A stretch of DNA of 64,000 nt from positions 1,943-65,942 of the forward strand of contig JAXHVO010000006.1 of NCBI GenBank assembly GCA_034189135.1, written 5' to 3'. The position numbers and the translations under genes are program-made. Shown one piece after another: positions 35,982-45,768 of this stretch. Position 1 is the stretch's first letter. Each line of letters opens with the position of its first letter. This DNA comes from Thermodesulfobacteriota bacterium. GTDB taxonomy: Bacteria > Desulfobacterota > Desulfobacteria > Desulfobacterales > JAUWMJ01. The notes beneath the pieces were generated by a model that did not search any database, was not told where the DNA came from, and was given only the letters and a program-made list of their open reading frames with translations.

Positions 35982-37361
35982 TTACGGTCCCGGCTTATCA
36001 AGTTTTTCCGCCAGTACTTCAATCTTTCTTTGCATCCCCATTTTATTTTTATTTGAAGTGCCGGCAACCATAACCATGCTGCGATTCCCCTTGCCGGTGA
36101 CTTCAATGCAAAGCCGCTGATGGGACATGAAAAATGTGACGAAACATCCGATGATCATTAAAATAAACCCCGAATAGACCACCCACACTCCAGGATCCTT
36201 TGTCACCTGAAGACCGGTAAAATATTGGTGACTGTGGCTTGCCACCGCAATAACCACATCACCCTTTCTCATCTTATCAAAGCTGGAAAAACGCAGAGGA
36301 AGCAGTATGTTAATCGGGTCTCCGGTTTTTGGCGTTAGCACCCCGATAAAAGCCTCGCCAATATTATGGCCTTTAAAACCGGCAGAACTGCTGTAATCTT
36401 TTATGATAAAAGTCCCCAGGCCTTCCGGTATATCAACCGTCTGGTTAATGACAGCCTTTTTTCTGTATTCCATACCGGTTTCTCTATTGGTAAAGCTCAG
36501 GGTAACTTCTTTAGGAGCCAGGGTGCCGTAGCTTTGCTGAAATATATTAATCCCCTTGTAACGAAGAGGATCATTTACAATGATATCTTTTTTTAAAACA
36601 GGTTTTCCCTTTTCCATAATGACAAGTCTGGAGCGAAATTCTTTGGGTGCGCCGGAATCATAAAAACTGACACTGAAGTCTTCGCATGTAATCTCAAAAT
36701 CGAGCACATGCCTCTGGTTGGCATTTCTTAAATTTATACTCTTTGCCGATTCCCCCTCGGGTATATTGACAAATCCTTCAAACCCGAAAATTGAACCGAT
36801 CAACCCGCCAAGCAGCATTAATATAATGCTCAAATGTACGATATAAACGCCCAGGCGTGTCCAGCGCCATTTCTCTGCAAAAAGACAAAACCCGTTATCC
36901 GCCTGCTCAATTCTGCTGTATCCATAGCTTCGCGAAATTATCGGCTTATAGATCTGTTCCAGTTTGTCGGGACGACGACTTTGGGAAAATTCTTTTTTAT
37001 AATCAAGACGCCTGAAATTTGAAACATTGAACGGCGGAACTTTTACCAATATAATCTTTAGGGTGGCTTTGATGCGATCAATGGAACATATAATGATATT
37101 TAGGGTCAGCAAAAGGAGAAGAATCTGAAACCACCAGGAATGGTACATGTCAAAAATATCAAAGACTGAATCCAAAAAAGAAAGAATTTTATACCAAAAC
37201 TCACCGTACTTGTGAAAATATTCAGATGCAGTCCCGCTTTGCGGTATAACGGTTCCGATAATGGAAGTCACTGCAAGGGAAAGCAGAAGGACCACGGTCA
37301 ACTTCACTGAAGTGAAAAATTTCCACACTCTGTCTATAGTATCAGGCGAGTTCGCCTTCAT
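35982..37361 (-). CDS. ccsB: Cytochrome c biogenesis protein ResB/CcsB
   Basis: 459 aa. N-terminal TM segments are followed by a large soluble domain and a C-terminal TM. It lies upstream of ccsA, the classic System II pair. Confidence 0.85.
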   Translation of the reverse strand: MKANSPDTIDRVWKFFTSVKLTVVLLLSLAVTSIIGTVIPQSGTASEYFHKYGEFWYKILSFLDSVFDIFDMYHSWWFQILLLLLTLNIIICSIDRIKATLKIILVKVPPFNVSNFRRLDYKKEFSQSRRPDKLEQIYKPIISRSYGYSRIEQADNGFCLFAEKWRWTRLGVYIVHLSIILMLLGGLIGSIFGFEGFVNIPEGESAKSINLRNANQRHVLDFEITCEDFSVSFYDSGAPKEFRSRLVIMEKGKPVLKKDIIVNDPLRYKGINIFQQSYGTLAPKEVTLSFTNRETGMEYRKKAVINQTVDIPEGLGTFIIKDYSSSAGFKGHNIGEAFIGVLTPKTGDPINILLPLRFSSFDKMRKGDVVIAVASHSHQYFTGLQVTKDPGVWVVYSGFILMIIGCFVTFFMSHQRLCIEVTGKGNRSMVMVAGTSNKNKMGMQRKIEVLAEKLDKPGP

Positions 37362-37519
37362 TATTTTTCCTTTATATTTCTTAACAGACCTTTGAAAAAT
37401 CGTATCCGGTTACACCCATTGGGAACAAAAAGGCTGCACAATTTAACCCTTGCCCATATCAGAACATTAATCATTAGGCAACGGGAAAGGAATTTTTATA
37501 ATTTTTTACAACGCCATCA

Positions 37520-40432
37520 CTATTTATCCACCGGTTTTATGATAATCGTTGCCGCTTTACTGTTATCAAGGTATTTTTCTGCAAGTGCGGATACTTCATC
37601 CGCACGGATTGAAGCATAGTCTCTTAAAATTGTCCGGCTCCACTTCAATTGCTGCGGATAGGTTACCGATTGACACAGAACCGTGCCCAGCCAGTAGCTG
37701 TTTTTCTCCAGCATTTCCTTAATGCCTGTAAGGGTGGGTTTAAGTGCGCGCTTTAGTTCTTCCTGTGTCACGCCGTTTTGGGAAATATCTGATGCTATTT
37801 TCTTTATCTGTGATTGGATTAAACCGGCCTGTGCTGGATCTATATATGCCATGGAATAAAATACGCCATACCCGGGATATGCCCGTTTTGGCGAGTTAAA
37901 GGCAAAGGTTGAATAAACTGCGCCCAGCTTTTCCCTGATATTTTCCCTGAGTCTGTCGGAAAATATCTCTGCCAGCACGGACAGGCGGCGTGACCGGTTA
38001 ATATCCCATAAATCCTCACTGGGATAGGCAACAATCACAATTCCTTTATTAATTTTTGTGGGAACCTCTGTTTTTAAAATTTGGGCCGCTGGGAACTCAG
38101 GCAGGTCCGATCTTTTATCGTGCTCGGACTCCTTGCGCACCGGAAGGCTTCCAAGATATCGCGATACGGTATCTATCATCAGGTCGATATCAAAATCCCC
38201 CACCACGGACACTTCAAGCCGGCCATGTTTCAAAGGTTTGTCGATCCATGACCGGATATCCTTAAGCGTCAACTTTTTGAGTTCATCAAATCCAGGAAGT
38301 CCGAACCGGCTGTCTCCTCCCGCTAAAAAGCGCCTGCCGGAAAGCATCATGGCACCGTCTATGGAACTGGAAAGGGCCTTGTACTCTTGCTCAAACCGTT
38401 TGATTGAAAGCTGATAAGCATTTTCCCTATATCCCGGATCAACCAGGTGTGCATAAATAAGCTGAAACAGCAATTCAATTTCCTTGGTCACTGATGTTCC
38501 ATTAAGAGAAAACTTATCTTCGTCTATTTCAAAAAAAACGGATGTATTCTTTCCTGCAAGGGCGCGTTCAATATCATCTTTCTCAAGTGAGCCGAGTCCG
38601 CTTTCATTAATCACCGCTTCACTCAATTGAGCAAGTCCGGCTTTGTCAGCAGGCTCCTCTGATCTGCCCGAACCAAACGCAAGCAAAACTTTTACTTCAT
38701 CTGCCTTAAAATCGGTTTTTTTAAGATTCAGACGGACACCGTTTTCAAAATCAACCTGGACAATTTTAAGATCATCTATGACTGTTTTGGCAACAATCCG
38801 TCCCCTGTGTTCCGGTTCCGCAAGATATGGAAAAGTAACCGATTTTTTATCAACCGGTGGCGAAACTTTTACCTTCCGGCTTTGGTTAAAGGAAGACAGG
38901 ATGATATCTTTTGGATCAATTTTACCGGAAGAAATCTTTGCATTGCCTGTAACCAGAACCAGCCTGTGTTCGGGCGCCCATGTTTTCCGGAAAGATTCAT
39001 GCACATTCTTTAATGCCGCCGAACGGATAACCGGGGTAAAAAGCGTTTTTCCCTGGCCGGGCGACTGCAGCACCCTGTCATTATTTACATGGCTTATAAT
39101 GTCCCGGGCAAGAGTACGGCTGTTTCTGGTTGGCGCCTTTTTTACTGCATTATCAAGACCTGAAATAAAATCTTTTTTAACCCTGTTAAGTTCTGATTTA
39201 GTAAACCCGTGTTCTATGGCCTGTCTTAATGTCTGTTCGACAACGGATAGAGTTTCTTTCCAGTTTTCCGGGCTGCAGTCTGCGGTAATCGCAGCATATT
39301 CTATCTGACGCAGGTAAATTCCCGAGCTAATGGCTGCCGATGTAAATGGAGTACCGGGTTTGCCGACCATGGCATCCAGACGGTCCTGCACCATCCGGCT
39401 GGCAATATCCCTAAGCAGCCACTTTTTCTGCAATGCAAAGGAATCCGGAGTTTTATCAGTCTTTGCTATCACTTCAATGCTCACAGTTGTATTCCCGGTT
39501 TCCTTTTCAAAATGATAGAACGATTTGATTCCTTTATGATTGATCTTCCCTATATCAGAATCAGGCTTAGGTGACGCCCTGGGAGATATGGAAGAAAAGT
39601 TATCTTGTATGAGTTTTGCCGCCACTTCCGTGTCAAAATCTCCTGCCATAACAATGACCATCTTTTCAGGCCGATACCATGTATCGTAGAATTTTTTGAA
39701 AAGGCTCTGGTCTGCATTTTTAATAATAGATTCTTTACCGATGGGAAGCCTTTCAGTTATCCGGGTATCAGGAAGCTCAAACTTTAAAGTTGAAATAAAG
39801 GTGCGGTACGATGCACTGTCACGGGTCCTTTTTTCAGCCAGAACCACCTTCCTTTCTCTGTCTATTTCGGATGGTAATAGCAAAGCGCCCTGAGCATAGT
39901 CTTTTAATACCACCAGGCCTTTTTCAAGATCTTCCCGATCTCCATGAGGCAAAAGGACATCATAAACCGTTTCGTAAAATCCGGTATGGGCATTTGCGTC
40001 GGCGCCGAACTGCATGCCAATGCTCTGGAAATACTTTACCAGTTCTCCCGGTTTAAAATGGGTGGACCCGTTAAACAGCATATGTTCAAGAAAATGCGCC
40101 AGGCCCTGCTCGCTGTCCGATTCATTCATTGAACCTGCCTGAACATTAAGATGCATGCTCACCCTGGCTTTGGGCTCGTGATTCTCCATGAGTACATATC
40201 TCAAACCGTTTGGCAGTTTTCCGAACACAATTTCCGGGTCAGGATCAAGATCGCTTTTTTCATGGGGCCAGCATGGCATTTCATCAGCACCACATGCATT
40301 TATGGTACCCGGTAAGGCGCTATTTTGTTTAGGTTGATTTGAATCGGCGGCTTGAGACAACCCCGTGACTGGAAACACAACCGCCCATATAAAAAAACCG
40401 ATAACCAAGCTTTTAAACGAGCTAACGGACAT
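37520..40432 (-). CDS. Secreted M16-family zinc peptidase, fused double (four-domain) insulinase/PqqL-like
   Basis: 970 aa with a signal peptide and the inverted zinc motif HFLEHMLFNGS. A second inactive M16 half follows. Confidence 0.88.
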   Translation of the reverse strand: MSVSSFKSLVIGFFIWAVVFPVTGLSQAADSNQPKQNSALPGTINACGADEMPCWPHEKSDLDPDPEIVFGKLPNGLRYVLMENHEPKARVSMHLNVQAGSMNESDSEQGLAHFLEHMLFNGSTHFKPGELVKYFQSIGMQFGADANAHTGFYETVYDVLLPHGDREDLEKGLVVLKDYAQGALLLPSEIDRERKVVLAEKRTRDSASYRTFISTLKFELPDTRITERLPIGKESIIKNADQSLFKKFYDTWYRPEKMVIVMAGDFDTEVAAKLIQDNFSSISPRASPKPDSDIGKINHKGIKSFYHFEKETGNTTVSIEVIAKTDKTPDSFALQKKWLLRDIASRMVQDRLDAMVGKPGTPFTSAAISSGIYLRQIEYAAITADCSPENWKETLSVVEQTLRQAIEHGFTKSELNRVKKDFISGLDNAVKKAPTRNSRTLARDIISHVNNDRVLQSPGQGKTLFTPVIRSAALKNVHESFRKTWAPEHRLVLVTGNAKISSGKIDPKDIILSSFNQSRKVKVSPPVDKKSVTFPYLAEPEHRGRIVAKTVIDDLKIVQVDFENGVRLNLKKTDFKADEVKVLLAFGSGRSEEPADKAGLAQLSEAVINESGLGSLEKDDIERALAGKNTSVFFEIDEDKFSLNGTSVTKEIELLFQLIYAHLVDPGYRENAYQLSIKRFEQEYKALSSSIDGAMMLSGRRFLAGGDSRFGLPGFDELKKLTLKDIRSWIDKPLKHGRLEVSVVGDFDIDLMIDTVSRYLGSLPVRKESEHDKRSDLPEFPAAQILKTEVPTKINKGIVIVAYPSEDLWDINRSRRLSVLAEIFSDRLRENIREKLGAVYSTFAFNSPKRAYPGYGVFYSMAYIDPAQAGLIQSQIKKIASDISQNGVTQEELKRALKPTLTGIKEMLEKNSYWLGTVLCQSVTYPQQLKWSRTILRDYASIRADEVSALAEKYLDNSKAATIIIKPVDK

Positions 40433-40454
40433 ATGACTATCCCCTGTTTGAGTG

Positions 40455-40501
40455 GAAAATAAAAAGTCTTCAGTCTGCTACCAGGCAAACTGAAGACTTT
40501 T
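40455..40501 (-). terminator. Rho-independent terminator downstream of the H1-like gene
   Basis: 13-bp perfect stem aaaagtcttcagt / actgaagactttt with a 14-nt loop. The minus strand is followed by TTTTTATTTT. Confidence 0.7.
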
Positions 40502-40656
40502 AAAGATTCACAGTTGTTTACGGTTTGAAACTTTAACCGGGAAAATAGAAATTCGGTAGAGATCGGTGGCCAAATCTCCAATTTCTATTTTTCTAATTTC
40601 AACGTTCCCTGAACGCTCACAACCGATTCCTGAATTTAAATCGCTTTTAATATATA

Positions 40657-41103
40657 CTACTTCTTAATATAAACACCTCGTGAAACCGTCTTGATTTTGC
40701 CTTGTTTAGTCAGTTTATACAGTGCATTGCTAAGCTGTCTTCCCTCAAATCCGGTTTTTTGTTTTATTTTTTCAATGGCAATTCCCTTCTTGGTCCGCTT
40801 AATTGCATCAAAAACACTGCCAAGAACGGTTGTGCCTTTTGCAGCCGCCGGTTTTTTAACTGCTGCTTTTTTCCGCACCGCAGGTTTTTTCTTGGTAGCA
40901 GGTTTTCTCTTAACGGCAGCTTTTTTCTTTGCCGCTGCCTCAGCTGCCTGCATCTTCTCCACGTTTTTAGAAAGTTTCTCCAGCTGTTTTGAAAGGTTCA
41001 CCAGAGACTTTGACGCCGATGCCAGTTGTCTTTTCAACTGTTGCTGTGAAAGTGTCACCAGTTTTTTTTGTACGGTTTTTAGCTGTTTTTTTACTTTCTT
41101 CAT
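40657..41103 (-). CDS. Histone H1-like Lys/Ala-rich nucleoid protein with C-terminal winged-helix-like domain
   Basis: 148 aa. A coiled-coil N-terminus is followed by AAAKKKAAVKRKPATKKKPAVRKKAAVKKPAAAKG repeats and then a small globular tail. Confidence 0.75.
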   Translation of the reverse strand: MKKVKKQLKTVQKKLVTLSQQQLKRQLASASKSLVNLSKQLEKLSKNVEKMQAAEAAAKKKAAVKRKPATKKKPAVRKKAAVKKPAAAKGTTVLGSVFDAIKRTKKGIAIEKIKQKTGFEGRQLSNALYKLTKQGKIKTVSRGVYIKK

Positions 41104-41251
41104 TTCTTATTTTCCTCCCGGGTTTTTGGGTGAATATTTATGAAGAGATATCCTTTTTTAAGTAGTATATAATACTCTTTTAATTGTCAACCATTTATGC
41201 GATAAAGTAATAGAACTATTGACAACACAACTGTTTCCATGAAAGATAATT

Positions 41252-41279
41252 TGCAACCGTTCAGGGGTTCAAGGTTGCA
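41252..41279. repeat. GAAC-heptamer repeat block (left, inverted orientation)
   Basis: tgcaacc gttcagg ggttcaa ggttgca. The reverse complement gives TGCAACC TTGAACC CCTGAAC GGTTGCA. It pairs in inverted orientation with 41471-41503. Confidence 0.6.
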
Positions 41280-41470
41280 TTCTTGTCTCATGGCTCCATT
41301 TTGGAGGTGTATTTATATGAGTAGCGACTGGCTTTGCTTGAAAGATACGCCAGGACAAGCCCGGCTTCCTCATTCCCAATCTGATAATTTGCGGCGCTTT
41401 GGCAATTATGTGGCAAAACCGGCATTTTTTATGAGAACTTCGGGTCTTTACTTTTGCCCTTGTTTCTAAC

Positions 41471-41503
41471 CCTGAACGTTGAACCCTGAACCTGTGAACG
41501 GTT
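41471..41503. repeat. GAAC-heptamer repeat block (right)
   Basis: cctgaacgt tgaaccc tgaacct g tgaacgg tt. TGAACNN is repeated with 7-nt phasing. Confidence 0.6.
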
Positions 41504-41538
41504 ACAATAAAACCCGATATACCCTATAGTGATGGAAA

Positions 41539-43500
41539 ATGGTAGAGCAATCACATCTTTACAACCACAAACAACGCTTTAATATCAAATACGAAGAAGA
41601 GCTTAACCCCGCCCAACTAGAAGCAGTCACTTCTCTAGACGGTCCCATGCTCGTTATAGCCGGAGCTGGTAGTGGAAAAACCCGAACACTGACCTACCGG
41701 GTGGCACGTCTTGTTGAACGGGGCATTTCACCTGCCTCGATTCTACTTTTAACCTTCACCCGCAAAGCTTCGGCAGAAATGCTCAGCCGCGCAGCACAAC
41801 TATTGGACAACAGGTGTGAAAGGGTTTCCGGAGGAACTTTTCATTCTTTTTCCAATTCCATGCTGCGAAAGTATGCGTCCATCCTTGGCTTTGACAACAA
41901 ATATACCATACTTGACCGCGTGGATGCGGAAAGTTTAATCGGCATGCTGAGAAAAGAACTAAATCCCGGACCAAAACATCGCTCGTTTCCCAGAAAGCGT
42001 ACTTTGGCAAATATTTTCAGCAGATCGGTGAATAAAGTAATTTCCCTTGAAGATGTCATTTATAATGATTATCCCCATTTTCTACCTTATCTGGATGATA
42101 TTGTTAATCTTGCCATCGAGTATAAAAACCGAAAAGTGATGCATGGCTTTTTTGACTACGATGATCTGTTGGTCTCTTTCGACCTTCTGTTGAAAAATCA
42201 CACGGATATACGGGACAGTATATCATCGTTATACCAGTATATCATGGTGGACGAATATCAGGATACCAACCAGATACAGGCCTCTATTTTATACTCCTTA
42301 ACCAGTAAAAATAAAAACGTGATGGTGGTGGGAGACGATTCTCAGAGCATCTATGCTTTCAGGGGGGCAAATTTTAAGAATATCATCGATTTCCCCCAAC
42401 TGTTTCCGGAAACCAAAATTATCAGCCTGGAAGAAAACTATCGCAGTGTCCAACCCATATTGGATCTGACCAATGTTATTATCGACCGGGCGGCGGAAAA
42501 ATTTTCCAAGAAGCTTTTTACCCGAAAAACCGGCGGGGTAACACCCTTGCTGGCTTGCACCCAAAGTGAAAACGACCAGTCGATGTTCGTTGTTGATAAA
42601 ATCCAAGAGCTGAACATGAGCGGGGTTCCCCTGAGCCGAATGGCCGTTTTGTTCAGGGCCGGATTTCACTCCTTTGACCTTGAAATCGAACTTGCCAGAG
42701 AAAAAATTCCTTTTATCAAGGTCGGCGGTTTCAAATTTACTGAATCTGCGCATATTAAAGACGTGCTGGCACACCTGAAAGTGATCGCCAACCCGCATGA
42801 CCGCATAAGCTGGTACAGGATCCTGCTTTTAATAGAAAAAATAGGGCCCAAGACCGCCCAAAACATATATCAGGCAATACATAATGAGCGGTCGGGATAT
42901 ACGGGGATTTTCACCATCAAACTCAAATCAGGCCTGAACCAACGTCTAAGCCGGCTCAGGCAGCTTTTCTCCAATATAAATTCCAATCCTTTGTCGGTTG
43001 CTGAAATGGGAGAAATCATTTTACACTACTATTTGCCTGTTTTAAAGGACAGGTATGACAATCACCCCAAGCGCGCAAGGGATCTCGAACAACTGTTAGC
43101 TATTATGCAACGTTATAACAGCCTTGAACAATTCTTAACCGATATGGCCCTTGAACCACCGAACACCAGTATGGATAATACATTTACCGAGACTTCGACC
43201 GATAACAACCGCCTGGTTCTTTCAACCATTCATTCTGCAAAGGGCCTTGAATGGCACACCGTGTTTATTATCTGGACGCTTGATGGTCGTTTCCCTTCCA
43301 TACATTCTTTAAACAACGAAGAAGACCTGGAAGAAGAACTCAGGCTGATGTATGTGGCGGCCACCCGTGCACAAAATAATCTTTTTTTTACCTATCCAGG
43401 TCATACTTATGATAGGGGTTCAGGCATGATATTTTCCAGGCCGTCGCGCTTTATTGACATGATACCGGATGATATACTTGAAAAGTATTATGTTGATTAA
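41539..43500 (+). CDS. UvrD/Rep/PcrA-family ATP-dependent DNA helicase
   Basis: 653 aa. Motif I is AGAGSGKTRTLTYR, motif II is VDEYQDTN, motif III is VGDDSQSIYAFRGA, and later motifs include TIHSAKGLEW and YVAATRA. Confidence 0.9.
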   Translation: MVEQSHLYNHKQRFNIKYEEELNPAQLEAVTSLDGPMLVIAGAGSGKTRTLTYRVARLVERGISPASILLLTFTRKASAEMLSRAAQLLDNRCERVSGGTFHSFSNSMLRKYASILGFDNKYTILDRVDAESLIGMLRKELNPGPKHRSFPRKRTLANIFSRSVNKVISLEDVIYNDYPHFLPYLDDIVNLAIEYKNRKVMHGFFDYDDLLVSFDLLLKNHTDIRDSISSLYQYIMVDEYQDTNQIQASILYSLTSKNKNVMVVGDDSQSIYAFRGANFKNIIDFPQLFPETKIISLEENYRSVQPILDLTNVIIDRAAEKFSKKLFTRKTGGVTPLLACTQSENDQSMFVVDKIQELNMSGVPLSRMAVLFRAGFHSFDLEIELAREKIPFIKVGGFKFTESAHIKDVLAHLKVIANPHDRISWYRILLLIEKIGPKTAQNIYQAIHNERSGYTGIFTIKLKSGLNQRLSRLRQLFSNINSNPLSVAEMGEIILHYYLPVLKDRYDNHPKRARDLEQLLAIMQRYNSLEQFLTDMALEPPNTSMDNTFTETSTDNNRLVLSTIHSAKGLEWHTVFIIWTLDGRFPSIHSLNNEEDLEEELRLMYVAATRAQNNLFFTYPGHTYDRGSGMIFSRPSRFIDMIPDDILEKYYVD

Positions 43501-43618
43501 CCGCATATCCCGTGATATGCACAGCGGAAATTTATAAACTCATTTTATAAGGTACTGTTGAGACAGTCAGCCGTTATATTTAAGAACGGCTTAAACCAGC
43601 AACTCGAAACCTGTAACT

Positions 43619-44845
43619 ATGTCCCCGGAAAATTACATCCTGATTATCGGCTACATCTTTGGATTTTACATGGCGTGGAATATCGGCGCTAATGATGTGG
43701 CCAACTCCATGGCATCCGCCGTCGGTGCGAAGGCGATTACCATACGCCAGGCAATCTTTATTGCCGGCATCCTGAATGTTCTCGGTGCGGTCTTTATCGG
43801 TTCTCATGTCACCAATACCATACGCAAAGGAATCGTCTCGACTGACATTCTCACCGACCCTCATCTGGCCCTTATCGGTGCATTGTCCGCCCTTCTTGCC
43901 GCTGCCCTGTGGGTGAGCTTTGCCACCTGGAAATCCCTTCCTGTTTCCACTACCCATTCCATTGTTGGCGCCATGATCGGTTTCGGCATCATGACCGGCG
44001 GTTTCTCTGTAATAAACTGGGGGAAACTGGCTGCCGTTGTAATGAGCTGGGTTATTTCTCCTGTTTTTAGCCTTATCATTTCATTTATCATGTTTAAAGT
44101 TATCATACGGTTGGTTTTATCAAAAAAAGACCGGTTTATCATGGCACTCAAATCATCACCGTTTTTTATCGGGCTTGCCTTTTTCGTGGTAATCCTGTCT
44201 TTTCTATTTAAAACACCTTTGGGGAAAACGCTTTCGGTCAGCACACCTGAAGCCTTGATTATCGCTCTGATTTTGGCCGTTTTGTTAGGATTTTCCGGAA
44301 AGATGCTTTTAAAACGCTTCATTAAAAGTGACCCGTCCAACGGAACTGAAGAGGTTTTCCGACGGATCCAGATAGGCACCTCATGTTATGTTGCACTGGC
44401 CCAAGGTGCAAACGATGTGGCCAACGCCATCGGCCCTCTTGCGGTGATCTATTTTCTGGCCAAAACGGGAGGCGTAGGAGCAAAAGTGCCGGTACCTTTC
44501 TTTCTTCTTTTATTCGGCGGGGTAGGTATTGCTTGCGGAATATCAATGGCAGGCTACCGGGTCATGGATACCATCGGTAAAAGAATTACCACCCTCACCA
44601 ATACTCGCGGATTTTGTGTTGATTTTGCCGCGGCAACCACCGTCCTTGTTGCCTCGAAGTTGGGCCTTCCGGTTTCAACCACCCATGCGGCAGTCGGCGG
44701 TGTCATGGGGGTGGGAATCGCGCGTGGAATCGAAGCGGTCAACTTCTCGATTATTTTTAAAATTATAGTTTACTGGGTTTTGACCGTTCCGGTGGCGGCC
44801 ATCACCAGTATAATCATTTTTAAAATACTTCAACTCATTATATAA
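43619..44845 (+). CDS. Inorganic phosphate transporter, PiT family
   Basis: 408 aa with the duplicated PiT signature GANDVANSMA... and GANDVANAIGP.... Confidence 0.9.
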   Translation: MSPENYILIIGYIFGFYMAWNIGANDVANSMASAVGAKAITIRQAIFIAGILNVLGAVFIGSHVTNTIRKGIVSTDILTDPHLALIGALSALLAAALWVSFATWKSLPVSTTHSIVGAMIGFGIMTGGFSVINWGKLAAVVMSWVISPVFSLIISFIMFKVIIRLVLSKKDRFIMALKSSPFFIGLAFFVVILSFLFKTPLGKTLSVSTPEALIIALILAVLLGFSGKMLLKRFIKSDPSNGTEEVFRRIQIGTSCYVALAQGANDVANAIGPLAVIYFLAKTGGVGAKVPVPFFLLLFGGVGIACGISMAGYRVMDTIGKRITTLTNTRGFCVDFAAATTVLVASKLGLPVSTTHAAVGGVMGVGIARGIEAVNFSIIFKIIVYWVLTVPVAAITSIIIFKILQLII

Positions 44846-44856
44846 AGGAGGTGACT

Positions 44857-45525
44857 ATGCGTTTACCTTTCTTTTCAATGTTTATCACGTCGCCTTTTGA
44901 TGGATTACAGGAGCATGCTGAGAAGGTTACAGAATGTGCATGGTCTTTCCAGCAGGCAATGGAATGTCATCTTTCACAAAAAAGCAAGCCCTTTGAAAAA
45001 TTCAGACAGGAAGTGGACACACTGGAAAGTGAGGCCGATGCCATAAAAAGGCGAATCCGCGGCCATCTGCCCAAAGGGACCATGATGCCTGTGGATAAAT
45101 TCCAACTGTTCAGGTACTTAAGAGAACAGGACCAGGTTCTTGATGCTATGGAGGATGTGCTTGACTGGCTTTCTTACAGACCCGACCCCGGAATCAGAAA
45201 TGAAATTAAAAAGGATTTTCGCCTTCTGGTAGATGCAGTGGTAAGCCCGGTGGAAGAAATGACCAAAATGGTGACCGAAGCAAGAGAATACTTTACAAAT
45301 TTTTCAGAAAAGCAGCGAAATCTTGTTAAGGATATCATCAGGGAACTTCGCGGGCATGAACATCAGGCAGACAAACTGGAAGATAATATAAAACAAAAAG
45401 TATTCAACATGGAGATAAATCCGGTCACCGTATTTCATACCATAAGATTGGCTGAATTCATCGGATCCATCGCAGATCACGCAGAAAATGCCGGGGATAT
45501 GATGAGAGCCATGCTGTCAAAGTAA
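44857..45525 (+). CDS. DUF47/TIGR00153-family protein (PhoU-like partner of PiT)
   Basis: I set the start at the ATG after AAGGAGGTGACT. It is a helical protein with the E..AD..KR motif (ESEADAIKRRI) and the usual position downstream of a PiT gene. Confidence 0.8.
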   Translation: MRLPFFSMFITSPFDGLQEHAEKVTECAWSFQQAMECHLSQKSKPFEKFRQEVDTLESEADAIKRRIRGHLPKGTMMPVDKFQLFRYLREQDQVLDAMEDVLDWLSYRPDPGIRNEIKKDFRLLVDAVVSPVEEMTKMVTEAREYFTNFSEKQRNLVKDIIRELRGHEHQADKLEDNIKQKVFNMEINPVTVFHTIRLAEFIGSIADHAENAGDMMRAMLSK

Positions 45526-45672
45526 GGGATAGGCAGAAAGCAAAGAGGCACAAAGGCAGAAGAAAAAAGTAAAGAATTGACGCTCGTCGGAGATCCCGCC
45601 AGACGAGGAAGGGCGTGGGTTCCAAAATTGAACAAATACCGTATTTAGACGGTTAGGTAAAAAACATAAGCA

Positions 45673-45768
45673 CCTGATGGCATCGTTCCAAGGCTTATAT
45701 ACCCCCGTTAAAAATCAGCGGGATAAAAAGGCGTAGCAGTAGATGAGCCTTGGAACGATGCCATCAGG
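45673..45768. repeat. Perfect 23-bp inverted repeat with 50-nt loop between convergent genes (hairpin / possible bidirectional terminator or REP-like element)
   Basis: 45673-45695 is cctgatggcatcgttccaaggct. 45746-45768 is its exact reverse complement. The right arm overlaps the stop codon of the AMMECR1 gene. Confidence 0.8.

Noticed and set aside
38643-39308. 221-aa plus-strand ORF inside the M16 peptidase gene. Similar antisense ORFs occur at 6938..7534 and 43861..44379.
   Set aside because: Each lies opposite a strongly supported gene and shows no domains or RBS, so I treat them as spurious.
41398-41414. Sigma54-like motif TGGCAAttatgTGGCA upstream of the helicase gene.
   Set aside because: GG-N10-GC spacing is present, but the -12 element is TGGCA rather than TTGC(A/T). 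The motif sits inside the heptamer-repeat-bounded region, and a UvrD-type helicase is an unlikely RpoN target.
41239-41469. 76-aa ORF in the intergenic region upstream of the helicase.
   Set aside because: It lies between the inverted GAAC-heptamer blocks, has no RBS, and is Cys/Trp/Arg-rich in a non-protein-like way.
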